Position numbers and translations under genes: made by a program. A DNA stretch of 64,000 nt from contig NC_042998.1 in NCBI RefSeq assembly GCF_006345805.1, positions 48,360,001 through 48,424,000 on the forward strand, read 5' to 3'. The stretch comes from Octopus sinensis. Its lineage: Eukaryota. Below are positions 52,822-64,000 of the stretch, piece after piece. Every line of letters begins with the position of its first letter. Position 1 is the first letter of the stretch. The notes beneath the pieces were generated by a model, which saw only the letters and a program-made list of their open reading frames with translations, did no database searches and was not told the DNA's origin.

Positions 52822-53250
52822 TAGAAATATTACGTTTCTAAATATCTCGGAGAGATATGAGCAGTGGTGGTACGATAGAGCAGTTGTATACTGTCAACTT
52901 AACGTGACAGTCCCATAAAGGGTATCATACCACCGCTATTTAGCCCTAGGAAGCATCAACGCTTCCTGTCGGCCTTGACACATTTCCTGTGTCCTTATGT
53001 TTACAAAGGGAGACAAGCGCCCCCATCCAGGTAAGCCTGCATCCAGTACACACACACACACACACACATACATATATATATCTATATATATAGTTATTGA
53101 AGTAGATAAATGAATTATCTTATTACGGATAATTCAAATGATAACCGATACCTGGGTAGCAAAAATCACAACAGAAAGGGCCCGGTTGAAGTTACGACCA
53201 TGGGGCATAAAATCCGTGCCTTAGTGCGGAAATTTGAAGTTTTATATATT

Positions 53251-53470
53251 AAGTATAGGAAAGAATGGAGCTGAACGAAGATTTAACAAAATTCATTTAT
53301 TTTATTTTCGACATATGTTTCGAAGTCTGCAAAGTCCCTAATTCCGATTGAATAAGGAGTCCATTTTGCAGCTTTTTCTTCAGGAAAATCCAGGAACTCG
53401 AAACATATGTCGAAAATAAAATAAAGGAATTTTGTTAAATCTTCGTTCAGCTCCATTCTTTCCTATACTT
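53251..53470. mobile_element. 220-bp fold-back element with 73-bp terminal inverted repeats
   Basis: 53251-53323 is the reverse complement of 53398-53470 with one mismatch. TA-rich flanks. Confidence 0.85.
53304..53389 (-). ncRNA. Type I hammerhead ribozyme within a palindromic element
   Basis: Minus strand AUUUUC-CUGAAGA-aaaagcugcaaa...uuugcagacuuc-GAAA-CAUAUG-UC-GAAAAU. Stem I is perfect and stem III is the palindrome ACAUAUGU. The base of stem II is imperfect. Confidence 0.75.
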
Positions 53471-53550
<80 letters not shown>

Positions 53551-55623
53551 TAATCAATATAGGGTGGCAAAAAAAAAAAAAATTTTGTAGAATTCTTTTT
53601 GCCACCAGCGGCCTAGTGGGAAAAAATTAAATAGTCATAGACCATTTTTAAGTTCAACATCAACAATCAAGGAACCCATGATAGGCCATTCACCCACTAA
53701 AATAACAGCCAAAGCTTCAACCGCAAATAAAGATTAATTCCGTAAACAGGAGAAAATTTTAAAACATTTACCCTGTAATTTCTTGTACGATGCACCGTTT
53801 CATCTGCTGTTTATGGTAAACTAACCTGATTAAATTAAATCAAGCCAATCTTCCATAGGCCTCAGATTCTTCAGCAAGAAATAGCCAAGTCGGAACAGAT
53901 ATTTTCACGAGGCATTTCCGACCCTGCCAAGGTAATATCTGACCTAAAATTTTCAAATCGTCGCAAACGCGCCAAATTTATCGGCAGCAAATAAATATAA
54001 GCCGTCGATTCCATTACGGAATTAACCAGAAATTCATAATTAATCATTAGGGTGGCAAAAAAAAAAAAAAAAATTTTGTAGAATTCTTTTTGCACCAGCG
54101 GCCTAGTGGGAAAAAATTAAATAGTCATAGACCATTTTTAAGTTCAACATCAACAATCAAGGAACGGCCATGATAGGCCATTCACCCACTAGAAATAACA
54201 GCCAAAGCTTCAACGCAAATAAAGATTAATTCCGTAAACAGGAGAAAATTTAAAAACATTTACCCTGTAATTTCTTGTACGATGCACCGTTTCATCTGCT
54301 GTTTAATGGTAAACTCACCTGATTAAATTAAATCAAGCCAATCTTCCATAGGCCCTCAGATTCTTCAGCAAGAAATAGCCAAGTCGGAACAGATATTTTC
54401 ACGAGGCATTTCCGACCCCCTGCCAAGGTAATATCTGACCTAAAATTTTCAAATCGTCGCAAACGCGCCAAATTATCGGCAGCAAATAAATATAAGCCGT
54501 CGATTCCATTACGGAATTAACCAAAAATCATAATTAATTAATCAATATAGGGTGGCAAAAAAAAAAAAAAAAAAAAATTTTGTAGAATTCTTTTTGCCAC
54601 CAGCGGCCTAGTGGGAAAAAATTAAATAGTCTTGAACTTAAAAATGGTCTATGACTATTTATTTTTTCCCACTAGGCCGCTGGTGGCAAAAAGAATTCTA
54701 CAAAATTTTTTTTTTTTGCCACCCTATATTGATTAATTATGAATTTTCTGTGTTAATTCCGTAATGGAATCGACGGCTTATATTTATTTGCTGCCGATAA
54801 ATTTGGCGCGAGTGCGACGATTTGAAATTTTAGGTCAGATATTACCTTGGCAGGGTCGGAAATGCCTCGTGAAATATCTGTTCCGACTTGGCTATTTCTT
54901 GCTGAAGAATCTGAGGGCCTATGGAAGATTGGCTTGATTTAATTTAATCAGGTTAGTTTACCATTAAACAGAAGATGAACGGTGCATCGTACAAGAAATT
55001 ACAGGTAATGTTTTTTAAATTTTTCTCCTGTTTACGGAATTAATCTTTATTTGCGGTTGAAGCTTTGGCTGTTATTTCTAGTGGGTGAATGGCCTATCAT
55101 GGCCGTTCCTTGATTGTTGATGTTGAACTTAAAATGGTCTATGACTATTTAATTTTTTCCCACTAGGCCGCTGGTGGCAAAAAGATTCTACAAAATTTTT
55201 TTTTGCCACCCTATATTGATTAATTATGAATTTTCTGGTTAATTCTTCGTAATGGAATCGACGGCTTATTTTATGGGCGCGATTGTGCCGATTTGTGCGA
55301 CGTGATAAAAGATTTTGTTTTAGGTCAGATATTACCTTGGCAGGGTCGGAAATGCCTCGTGAATGAAAATATCTGTTCCGACTTGGCTAAACTTTCTATC
55401 TGAATTCCTGAGAATCTGAGGCCTATGGAAGATTGGCTTGATTTAATTTAATCCCTTTAGTTTACCAAACACGCAGATGAAACGGTGCATCGTACAGAAC
55501 ATTACAGGGTAAATGTTTTTTAATTTTCTCCTGTTTACGGAATCATTATCTGCGGTTGAGTTGTTGAAGCTTTGGCTGTTATTTGTGGTGAATGGCTATC
55601 ATGGCCGTTCCTTGATTGTTGAT
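53551..55623. repeat. ~490-bp tandem satellite with a fold-back inversion at ~54631
   Basis: Forward units start at 53551, 54041 and 54539 (partial). Reverse units follow to 55623. Copies differ mostly by 1-nt indels. Confidence 0.9.
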
Positions 55624-56150
55624 ATATATATATATATATATATATATAGATATATGGATATGTATATGTTGTATAGATATATAATGTATATGTATGTATA
55701 TATATTAATATTTATATTATATATGTGTATGTATATATAGATACCACCACACACACACACACCATCCATATATATATATATATATATATATATTAGATAG
55801 ATAGATAGATATAGGTATGGTGATGCAAACAGGAAAAGTAGAACTCAAAATACATATACTATATATACATATTTATATTATTAATATTTAGAAAAAGCAG
55901 CCGAGTGACTCAAGGTCCGAAAGTTTCGTGCGTTGGCACATGTGTACGTGTGTATGTACGTGTGTATGTATGCATGTATGCATATATATATATATGTGTG
56001 TGTATATATATATATATAGAGAGAGAGAGCATTATAAATAAATAAATATATTTAAGGGAAAAAATTTACAGATTTTTTCTCATGAGGTTTTTTCACGCTA
56101 ACTACTTGATAATTTCTTATGAAGATTTTATCCTTTTTCACATGATATAT

Positions 56151-56192
<42 letters not shown>

Positions 56193-56199
56193 CTATATA

Positions 56200-56232
<33 letters not shown>

Positions 56233-56278
56233 ATTATATATATATTTATATTATATTAACATTATATTACATTATATA

Positions 56279-56316
<38 letters not shown>

Positions 56317-56663
56317 TAGTATATACATATATAGAACTCTTTCAACATAACATAACGATAACTCTGCTCAACATAAACATAACGACGTAAGAAATTTGAA
56401 AAGCTAAACGTGAAACCGGTCTTTCTTCTCTAAACTATGTCATTGTAAGAAAAAAGTTTTAATATTCTTCAGACATATTGACTCAAATATATTTTTTAAC
56501 CTTTAAAACAAGCCTTCTGTAGTTTTTTCACTTTTTACTATTTTCTATATATTCAACCACGTTCTTTCACAAATCAACTTTCCTTCTCTATCTAATATCT
56601 ATATATATATATATTATATATATATATATACTTTATTTAAAGCAGCAGAAAATTCCACAAAAC

Positions 56664-56701
56664 CTGTTACTCTGAGTTTCGCGTTGCCGTTCGTCGGACA
56701 G
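56664..56701 (-). ncRNA. Degenerate minimal hammerhead ribozyme in a ~125-bp element inside (TA)n
   Basis: Minus strand CUGU-CCGACGA-acggcaacgc-GAAA-CUCAGAG-UA-ACAG. Stems I and III are intact and the core has U4C. Confidence 0.55.
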
Positions 56702-56753
56702 TTTTTTGCTAGAATCTTTTTCTACCTTGTTTCACATTTATGTGTTTACTCCG

Positions 56754-56811
<58 letters not shown>

Positions 56812-56911
56812 CATATATACATACATACATACGTACATACATACATTCACATAACATACTCATAAAAATACTATACACAATACATAATACATATATACTG
56901 TGTATATATAT

Positions 56912-56965
<54 letters not shown>

Positions 56966-57286
56966 AAGTATGTATGTATATATATGTATGTATATATGTA
57001 TATATGTGTGTATGTACGTATATATGTACGCATATGTATGTATATAATGTGTGAATGTGTGTGTTTTACCACCAAAGGATATATACGGTAATTCAGATAC
57101 GCGCAATAAAACAATACTCTAGATTTAGATTCAGAAACCTTGAAAGTATCCTTGTTTGCTTCAGAGAAAACAATTGGTAAATGTCATCGGCTAGATAAAT
57201 GTTAGACTTTCTAAGTCACACCGACGTAAAGTGTAATTGACGTGACTCACCGATGAACGCACAGTGGAGACACACTCACTCATATC

Positions 57287-57342
<56 letters not shown>

Positions 57343-57382
57343 TGCACTCATTTACTTTCTCAAGGGCAGCGCACCAGTACAA

Positions 57383-57417
<35 letters not shown>

Positions 57418-57419
57418 TA

Positions 57420-57897
57420 TCTATTTCTTTACTATCCACAAGGGGCTAAACACAGAGAGGACAAACAAGGACAGACAAACGGATTAAGTCGATTATATCG
57501 ACCCCAGTGCGTAACTGGTACTTATTTAATACGGCGGCGAGCTGGCAGAAACGTTAGCACGCCGGGCGAAATGCTTAGCGATATTTCGTCTGCGTTACGT
57601 TGTGAGTTCAAATTCCGCCGAGGTCGACTTTGCCTTTCATCCTTTCGGGGTCGATAAATTAAGTACCAGTTACGCACTGGGGTCGATGTAATCGACTTAA
57701 TACCTATGTCTGTCCTTGTTTGTCCCCTCTGTGTTTAGCCCCTTGTGGGTAATAAAGAAATAGGTACTTATTTAATCGACCCTGAAAGGATGAAAGGCAT
57801 AGTCGACCTCGGCGGAATTTGAACTCAGAACGTAACGGCAGACGAAATACGGCCACGCATTTCGCCGGCGTGCTAACGTTTCTGCCAGCTCGCCGCC
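57420..57897. mobile_element. Plus-strand SINE (57531-57762) nested in a minus-strand SINE with a 14-bp TSD
   Basis: GGTACTTATTTAAT at 57517-57530 and 57763-57776. The host sequence resumes in register. Confidence 0.9.
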
Positions 57898-57959
57898 TAT
57901 ACCTATACACACATATACATATACACACACATGCGCTCACATACGCACGCACTCCCATA

Positions 57960-58020
<61 letters not shown>

Positions 58021-58210
58021 GCTCATACAGACATATATGCACACGTACTATATGAAGGAGCAAGTGCGCAATGCAGTATTGGGTCTCCGTTGTTCTTTCA
58101 TTTAATCATCATCATCATCGTCGTCGTTGTCCTCGTTGTCATCATCATCGTTATCATCATCGCCATCATCAACGTCATCATCATCATCATCGTCGTCGTC
58201 GACGTCGTCG

Positions 58211-58241
<31 letters not shown>

Positions 58242-58248
58242 TACTATT

Positions 58249-58625
58249 GAGGCAGCGAGCTGGCAGAAACGTTAGCACGCCGGGCGAAATGCGTGGCCGT
58301 ATTTCGTTTGCCGTTATGTTCTGAGTTCAAATCCCGCCGATGTCGACTTTGCCTTTCATCCTTTCGGGGTCGATAAATTAAGTACCAGTAACGCACTGGG
58401 GTCGATATAATCAACTTAATCCGTTTGTTTGTCCTTGTTTGTCTCCTCTGCGTTTAGACCCTTGTGGGTAGTAAAGAAATAGGTATTTCGTCTGCTGCTA
58501 CGTTCTGAGTTCTAGTTCCGCCGAGGTCGCCTTTGTCTTTCATCCTTTCGGGGTCGATAAATTAAATACCAGTGATGTAATTGACTAGTTCCCTTCCCCC
58601 AAAATTTCAGGCCTTGTACCTATAA
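58249..58625 (+). mobile_element. SINE dimer (same family)
   Basis: Junction gaaatag|gtatttc at 58482/58483. Confidence 0.9.
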
Positions 58626-58632
58626 TAGAAAA

Positions 58633-58708
<76 letters not shown>

Positions 58709-60912
58709 GTTTGATGAAGGATGGACAGCGTCCATGTGACTCTATTCGATTTCCCTTGACGCAGTTAATATTCAGCTTGAACTTCTGTAGATTGATGCCA
58801 GCTGGGAAAAATATGAACAGGAAGTAAAAATGTCCAGAGTTTTGGGAAAGGCTTTATTGAATTATTTTATTGAATTATTTAGTGACGGATTCGTGAATTA
58901 ACTCATTAAAGGGACGAGGAGATAATAGTTGAGTCGTGTAGCGGCCATTGTTGTAATAGAATAAACAATAGAGTGAGAGGCAGAAAGAGAGGGAGAGAAA
59001 GAGAGACGTACAGAGAAAGAAAGAGAGAAAGAAAGAGAGAGAGAGAGAGAAGGGACAGGAAGATGTGTAGAGTATTTTGACGTTAATATAAGCTATTTCG
59101 TTTAATTGCATGACTCGGTAAATTGCTTAACTTTCCAAAACAGCGAGCTGTTGTGCATTGGATCTGTGTAACATCAGTCGGTTACTTACACACACACACA
59201 CACAAACGCACACACATACACATACACACACACACACATACACACACATACACACACACACACACACACATATATGCACGTACGCGCGCGCACAAACAAC
59301 ATCGTGTTCGGTTACTTGCATAATATCTTTTTTTGTTTAATTCTCAGCAGTGAAAATATACAAGCGCTACTCATAGAAAAAAATATCATAGCATTTCACC
59401 CGACAAAATAGGAGCAGCGCGTAAGGAAAGCCACCATTATTGCTTCAAATGCTAAGTTGCACCTTCATTTAGGATTTCTCATGGCGAACACTCATCCTTA
59501 ACTTAGTTACCACCGCTTTTCATTCATTGTACTTTCTTTCAGAGCAAAAAGTAACTACCACAATTTCTAGCCCTCTCTGTACAAAGCTCAGATGAAATCT
59601 ACAATGGTGCACCGTTCACACAAATTGAACTGAGGAGCTATTGTTACACACACGTATATTTTCGATCGATTCTGATAGAGGTCATTCGACTAACTGGCAT
59701 AACTTAACGCTCAGACACGCGCCAGCCTCCGACCCATAAACAAGCTGTTTCCACTGTCCACCTCTCCCTCACTCTTTCCGCGACTCTTTCTCTCTCTCTC
59801 TCTTTCCTCTCTCCCTCCCCTCTCGCTCTTTAAATTTTCTGTCGCTATTATAATGGCTTCTCCTGCTCAGATGTGATTGGTCTCGTATCATCTCTGTTCA
59901 TTCACTACCAACTCACTTGTCTTTTCTTTCACCGTCCGTGTTGTGTCCACCCATCCCTACCCTAAGCCGCGCTCTAATTTCTACTCTTTCTTCATCAAAG
60001 GTCGCCCCCCCCCCTGAAAATTTTTCTGTGCTAATGATTTTCCTGCAGACTCTGACTCTCAAATGTTTAAATGAAATCTTAACAGTATCAAAATCACTCG
60101 CCCCAGAGAGCTGATGAAAGCTATAGGCTCAGCCCCTTGCGTCTGACCAGAAAAAAAAGGTGAAATGTTGCATAAAATTGACTAAACACAATTTGAAAGC
60201 TTTTGTTTTCATAACGAATTAAAATAATTTTAGCCAGGTTTTGATGTTAAAAGTGCCAAATATTTTCAGTTTATTCTTACAACTTCAATCTATTAGAAGA
60301 CTATCAATCTAATTTTAAAATTCCCGGTGTTGTTTAATCTTATTTTTTATTGTGTGACGAAATTTTCAATATATAAATCTTCATAGGTGATAAAAATTGC
60401 TAAATAGATAATTTTCTTTATTCAAGTAGTAAATACATTATCGATACATCGGACAGTAGTTGAGCTAATTAATTTTTCTATTTCTTAATTCGCATGATCT
60501 TAGTTGTTACTTTTGAGAATTTCAAGTATGTTAATGTTTTTGTCAGGGTGTATGAATCTGGCTAAGCTTGGGTTATTGGAGGATATCAAATGAAATTGAA
60601 AAAAATTATAGGGAATAAGTTAAGCAGTAGTCACGCGGATACAAATATAAAGTTTAGTTTGCATGTTATCTATGGCATTGTATTGTGCAATAGTTATGGC
60701 TTCCAAAATCGTCTGTTTTCCTAGGGATTTCTGTATTTTATAGATAAGTTATTTACAAATGTTTTTCCAACTGGTTTTGTTTTGTGCTGTGTCAGGTAAC
60801 GCACAGCCGGCAAGAGAAATTTTACAAATCCAAATGCTCACCATGCACTTACAACACCAATACTTCACCACAAAACTCGATGAGTAATGATGGAAACGGT
60901 ATTCATAACACT

Positions 60913-61145
60913 AAGGCGGCGAGCTGGCAGAAACGTTAGCACGACGGGTGAAATGCCTAGCGGTATTTCGTCTGCCGTTACGTTCTGAGTTCAAATTCCG
61001 CCGAGGTCGACTTTGCTTTTCATCCTTTCGGGGTCGATAAATTAAGTACCAGTTACGCACTGGGGTCGATATAATCGACTTAATCCGTTTGTCTGACCTT
61101 GTTTGTCCTCTCTGTGTTAAGCCCCCTGTGGGTAGTAAAGAAATA
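60913..61145 (+). mobile_element. Full-length SINE with a 15-bp TSD
   Basis: GGTATTCATAACACT at 60898-60912 and 61146-61160. Confidence 0.95.
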
Positions 61146-64000
61146 GGTATTCATAACACTGTGCCATGCCGGAATAAACATACAAATAACATACACCAAA
61201 CACAAAATGAAACATTTCGCAAAAGTGAAACACTACACAAAAATGAAACACACATAGGATGACGTATAACTAAGAGTTAAATAAGCAAAATTCGGTGGTT
61301 ATTTTCCCATCAATTATATTAATCATATTTACTATGAAGAGGCAGCAATACACACCAACATCAGTTCCTCCAAAATATAAACTAAGATCTTGAAATGTCA
61401 TAGGTGAAATTTAGAACTCAGAATCACTTTGTATTTCTGTCTTACGAAGTATTCATGTTCGAATCCTCTTTTCGGCAAATATATTCCTTGTCGATTTTTA
61501 ATCTTAACGACAACAATATCTGTTGTGTGTGTGTGTGTGTGTGTGTGTGTTTTGGGTGTGATTGTAAATGTGAGTTTGTATACATGCATGTGTGCGTGTT
61601 TGTTAATTAGGATATTGTTTTAAGGAAAGTTTAAGAATAACTACAGAATATTTCCTTATTAAGACTCAAATACTCAAAAGTAGAGCCAAATTTATCGTGA
61701 AATTCGTTTTGACTAGGTCTTTCTGTTTCGTCCGACAGTATATTTAGTCACTCTTGTTGAACAAGTCGTCAGTCCTATATTAAAGCCCCATAGGGCTGCG
61801 AGCTGGCAGAAATGTTAGCACGCCGGGCGAAATGCGTAGCCGTATTTCGTCTGCCGTTACGTTCTGAGTTCAATTTCCGCCGAGGTCGACTTTGCCTTTC
61901 ATCCTTTCGGCCATAATGAATTTTATAATTCACACACACACACACACACGCACAGATACACTTCTGTATGTGAAGTAGAGAAAGACAGAATTCTATTTTG
62001 ACCATAAACATACGCTCGCGTATGCATAAAACTGGAACAAAATTAATTTCTTACGTGATTTGTGTTACTTTCCCATTAAGTCAACCCCTCCACCGCAACT
62101 GTAAGCAGCTTTAAAATTCATTTCTCTTCCTTCAACGAAATATATTTCTTCTTTGTCTTTTTTAAAAATTACGTTTCATATATTGTAGTAAAATTAAAAT
62201 ATATTTTCTTCACTGTATGATACAAACAAACAAATAATTGAAAGATAACTCAATCTAAAATATATATTTAAAATAATTAACATTGAAACTTTATTACAAT
62301 AACATTAACTCAAACTTGACGTCTCTGTAAAACTCTTATTTTCGACATTTGACATGAGCAAACTTGTTTATGACAGTAAAAATATTTATTTCTCTCAGAT
62401 GTTTTTGTCCAACGTTCATTACAGCGAGACTGCAAAATTTTGCTGTTTCTCCATAATGCCTCTTTGTTCCTTTATATATTTTTTTCTTTCAAACTTTGAA
62501 AACAGTCATTCACTAGTGTAGTTTGTAATCATTAATATCAAATAAATCCGTAAATCGATTTTTTTTTTGTATGGAAACCAAGATTCCAAGTAGTTGTCTG
62601 TTATAAAACAGTAAAACTGAATCTTCAAAGAAAATTTTTTTGTACCAGTTCGAGTAGCAAGATTGGTTTATAAAAGTTCAATGAATTATGGAAACACATC
62701 GCATTTTTTACAAATTTTCAGGAAATGCAGCAACAATATTACATTGTTTTGACATTGTCTTCTATTGTGAATGACTTCAATAGATGACGGCATTTAAATA
62801 TATCAGAAGGTTGTTAAATAACATTGGTTATCTGAAATCATTGCAGCATGTGGTCACAAAATATTCATTTTAAAGAATTAGCTAAGAGAAATGTGGTTAT
62901 TTCTATGACCTTTATAGACCCTGCAAGACTGGTGAGATTGATGCGAGTGGGCGTTCAGCTTGCATAGCTCAAAGTTGACAATTATAAGTCAGGAAGGGAT
63001 TACCAAGTGCTGACGTCCTGCTGAGGAAGGATAGAAAGATTAGGTATAATGGTTAGCGCTGAGCCTAAGGAAGAGACAGTATGGGCGAGACAGTATGGGC
63101 GAGTATGACTCGTTTCCTTTCTCTTCACACATGCAACGAGGTCGCTCTAAAGTAGGGTTCGGGGTACTTTTTTTAACCGATTCCCCCAAAATATATTTAT
63201 TTACGCCGAAGTTACTCCCTTGATTCGAAGGAAGAATATCATAGATAACAAGGGACACGGTTTTTTAAATGTAATTTTACTTATGTCTAATGAGTCCTCA
63301 TTACCCACAAGAATTTCATATTTATTCCACTTGGGGTAATTTATCCCAGTTTGCCAACCCCTGCTCTAAGGAATTAAGGTGGTATACAAATAGTGAGCTT
63401 TAAGGAGTTGAGGTTGTTATAGTAAAAAAGCAGAACGAGGAGACAGAACTTGTGAGAGCAAGAGGTCGATTGAATTGCTTTTTAGATAGAGCCTTTGACT
63501 TTCAGATCTACAGCTGTTTTGGGGGTGTTGTCGAGGATTTTCGTGAGTAGCAGAAGCACTGTTCCAAATGTAAAGCGGTATCCCATTGCTAAAAATATAT
63601 CTTTTGCTCCAAAGAGGATCGTTTGTCTTCGGGACGCAGGGTTCACAATATTATGATTGCGAAATCACCGGAAGAGATCGTCAGTATTTGTAAGGCCTCG
63701 TATCTGTAGTGAGTTTGACAGTTTTAGTAGCATGTGTTCTATGATTAGAGAGGATGAGGTTCAAAAGTGTGCTCTGATTGTGTCATTTTGCAGTTAAAGG
63801 AGACAAGATTATTGTTATGCATGGAAGGCGAAAGCACTGCGCGTTTGATGTAATGTCTCAAGATTGAGTGTGAAAAGTTAGGGAATAGCGAACAGTTACA
63901 TCAGCATCGTAGAAATGGACATTGTTAGAATGTTTCTATATCAAACTTTTCCATTATTAAATAGAAGCAATGATATAAGAGCGGTGACATGTTGACATTT

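Noticed and set aside
54895-54935. CTGAAGA in the satellite unit
   Set aside because: No GAAA, stem III or stem I, so it is not a hammerhead.
60105-60150. CTGATGA followed by a short hairpin
   Set aside because: No GAAA follows the hairpin.
63000-64000. Possible degraded retroelement
   Set aside because: No motif could be recognised in the minus-strand frame translated by hand or in the ORF track.

Overview
AT-rich, microsatellite-dense animal genomic DNA. The repeat content suggests an octopod cephalopod, which is an inference. The window holds one long multi-exon gene on the minus strand, from about 52.0 kb down to at least 3.75 kb and probably past the left edge. It encodes a polycystin-1-like/REJ-module receptor with a signal-like N-terminus, PKD-like Ig folds, a REJ module and a stalk/GAIN-like region. 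Six exons are intact with GT-AG boundaries. The 1.35-kb exon has one frameshift, and several other exons carry indels or stops, so this is either long-read error or a pseudogene. The introns and upstream flank hold R4/Dong-type RLE LINEs inserted in (TAA)n, many tRNA-derived SINEs, MITEs (hAT, Tc1/mariner), and fossil Tc1, Chapaev-like and Penelope-like fragments. A ~490-bp tandem array folds back on itself at about 54.63 kb. The most striking unannotated signal is a set of type I hammerhead ribozyme motifs in at least five different small elements, one with a retrozyme-like terminal redundancy. A second is evidence that the main SINE inserts at GGTA sites, including a site inside itself, and so builds multimers with one fixed junction. 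No prokaryotic features, CRISPR arrays, rRNA or true tRNA genes were found.
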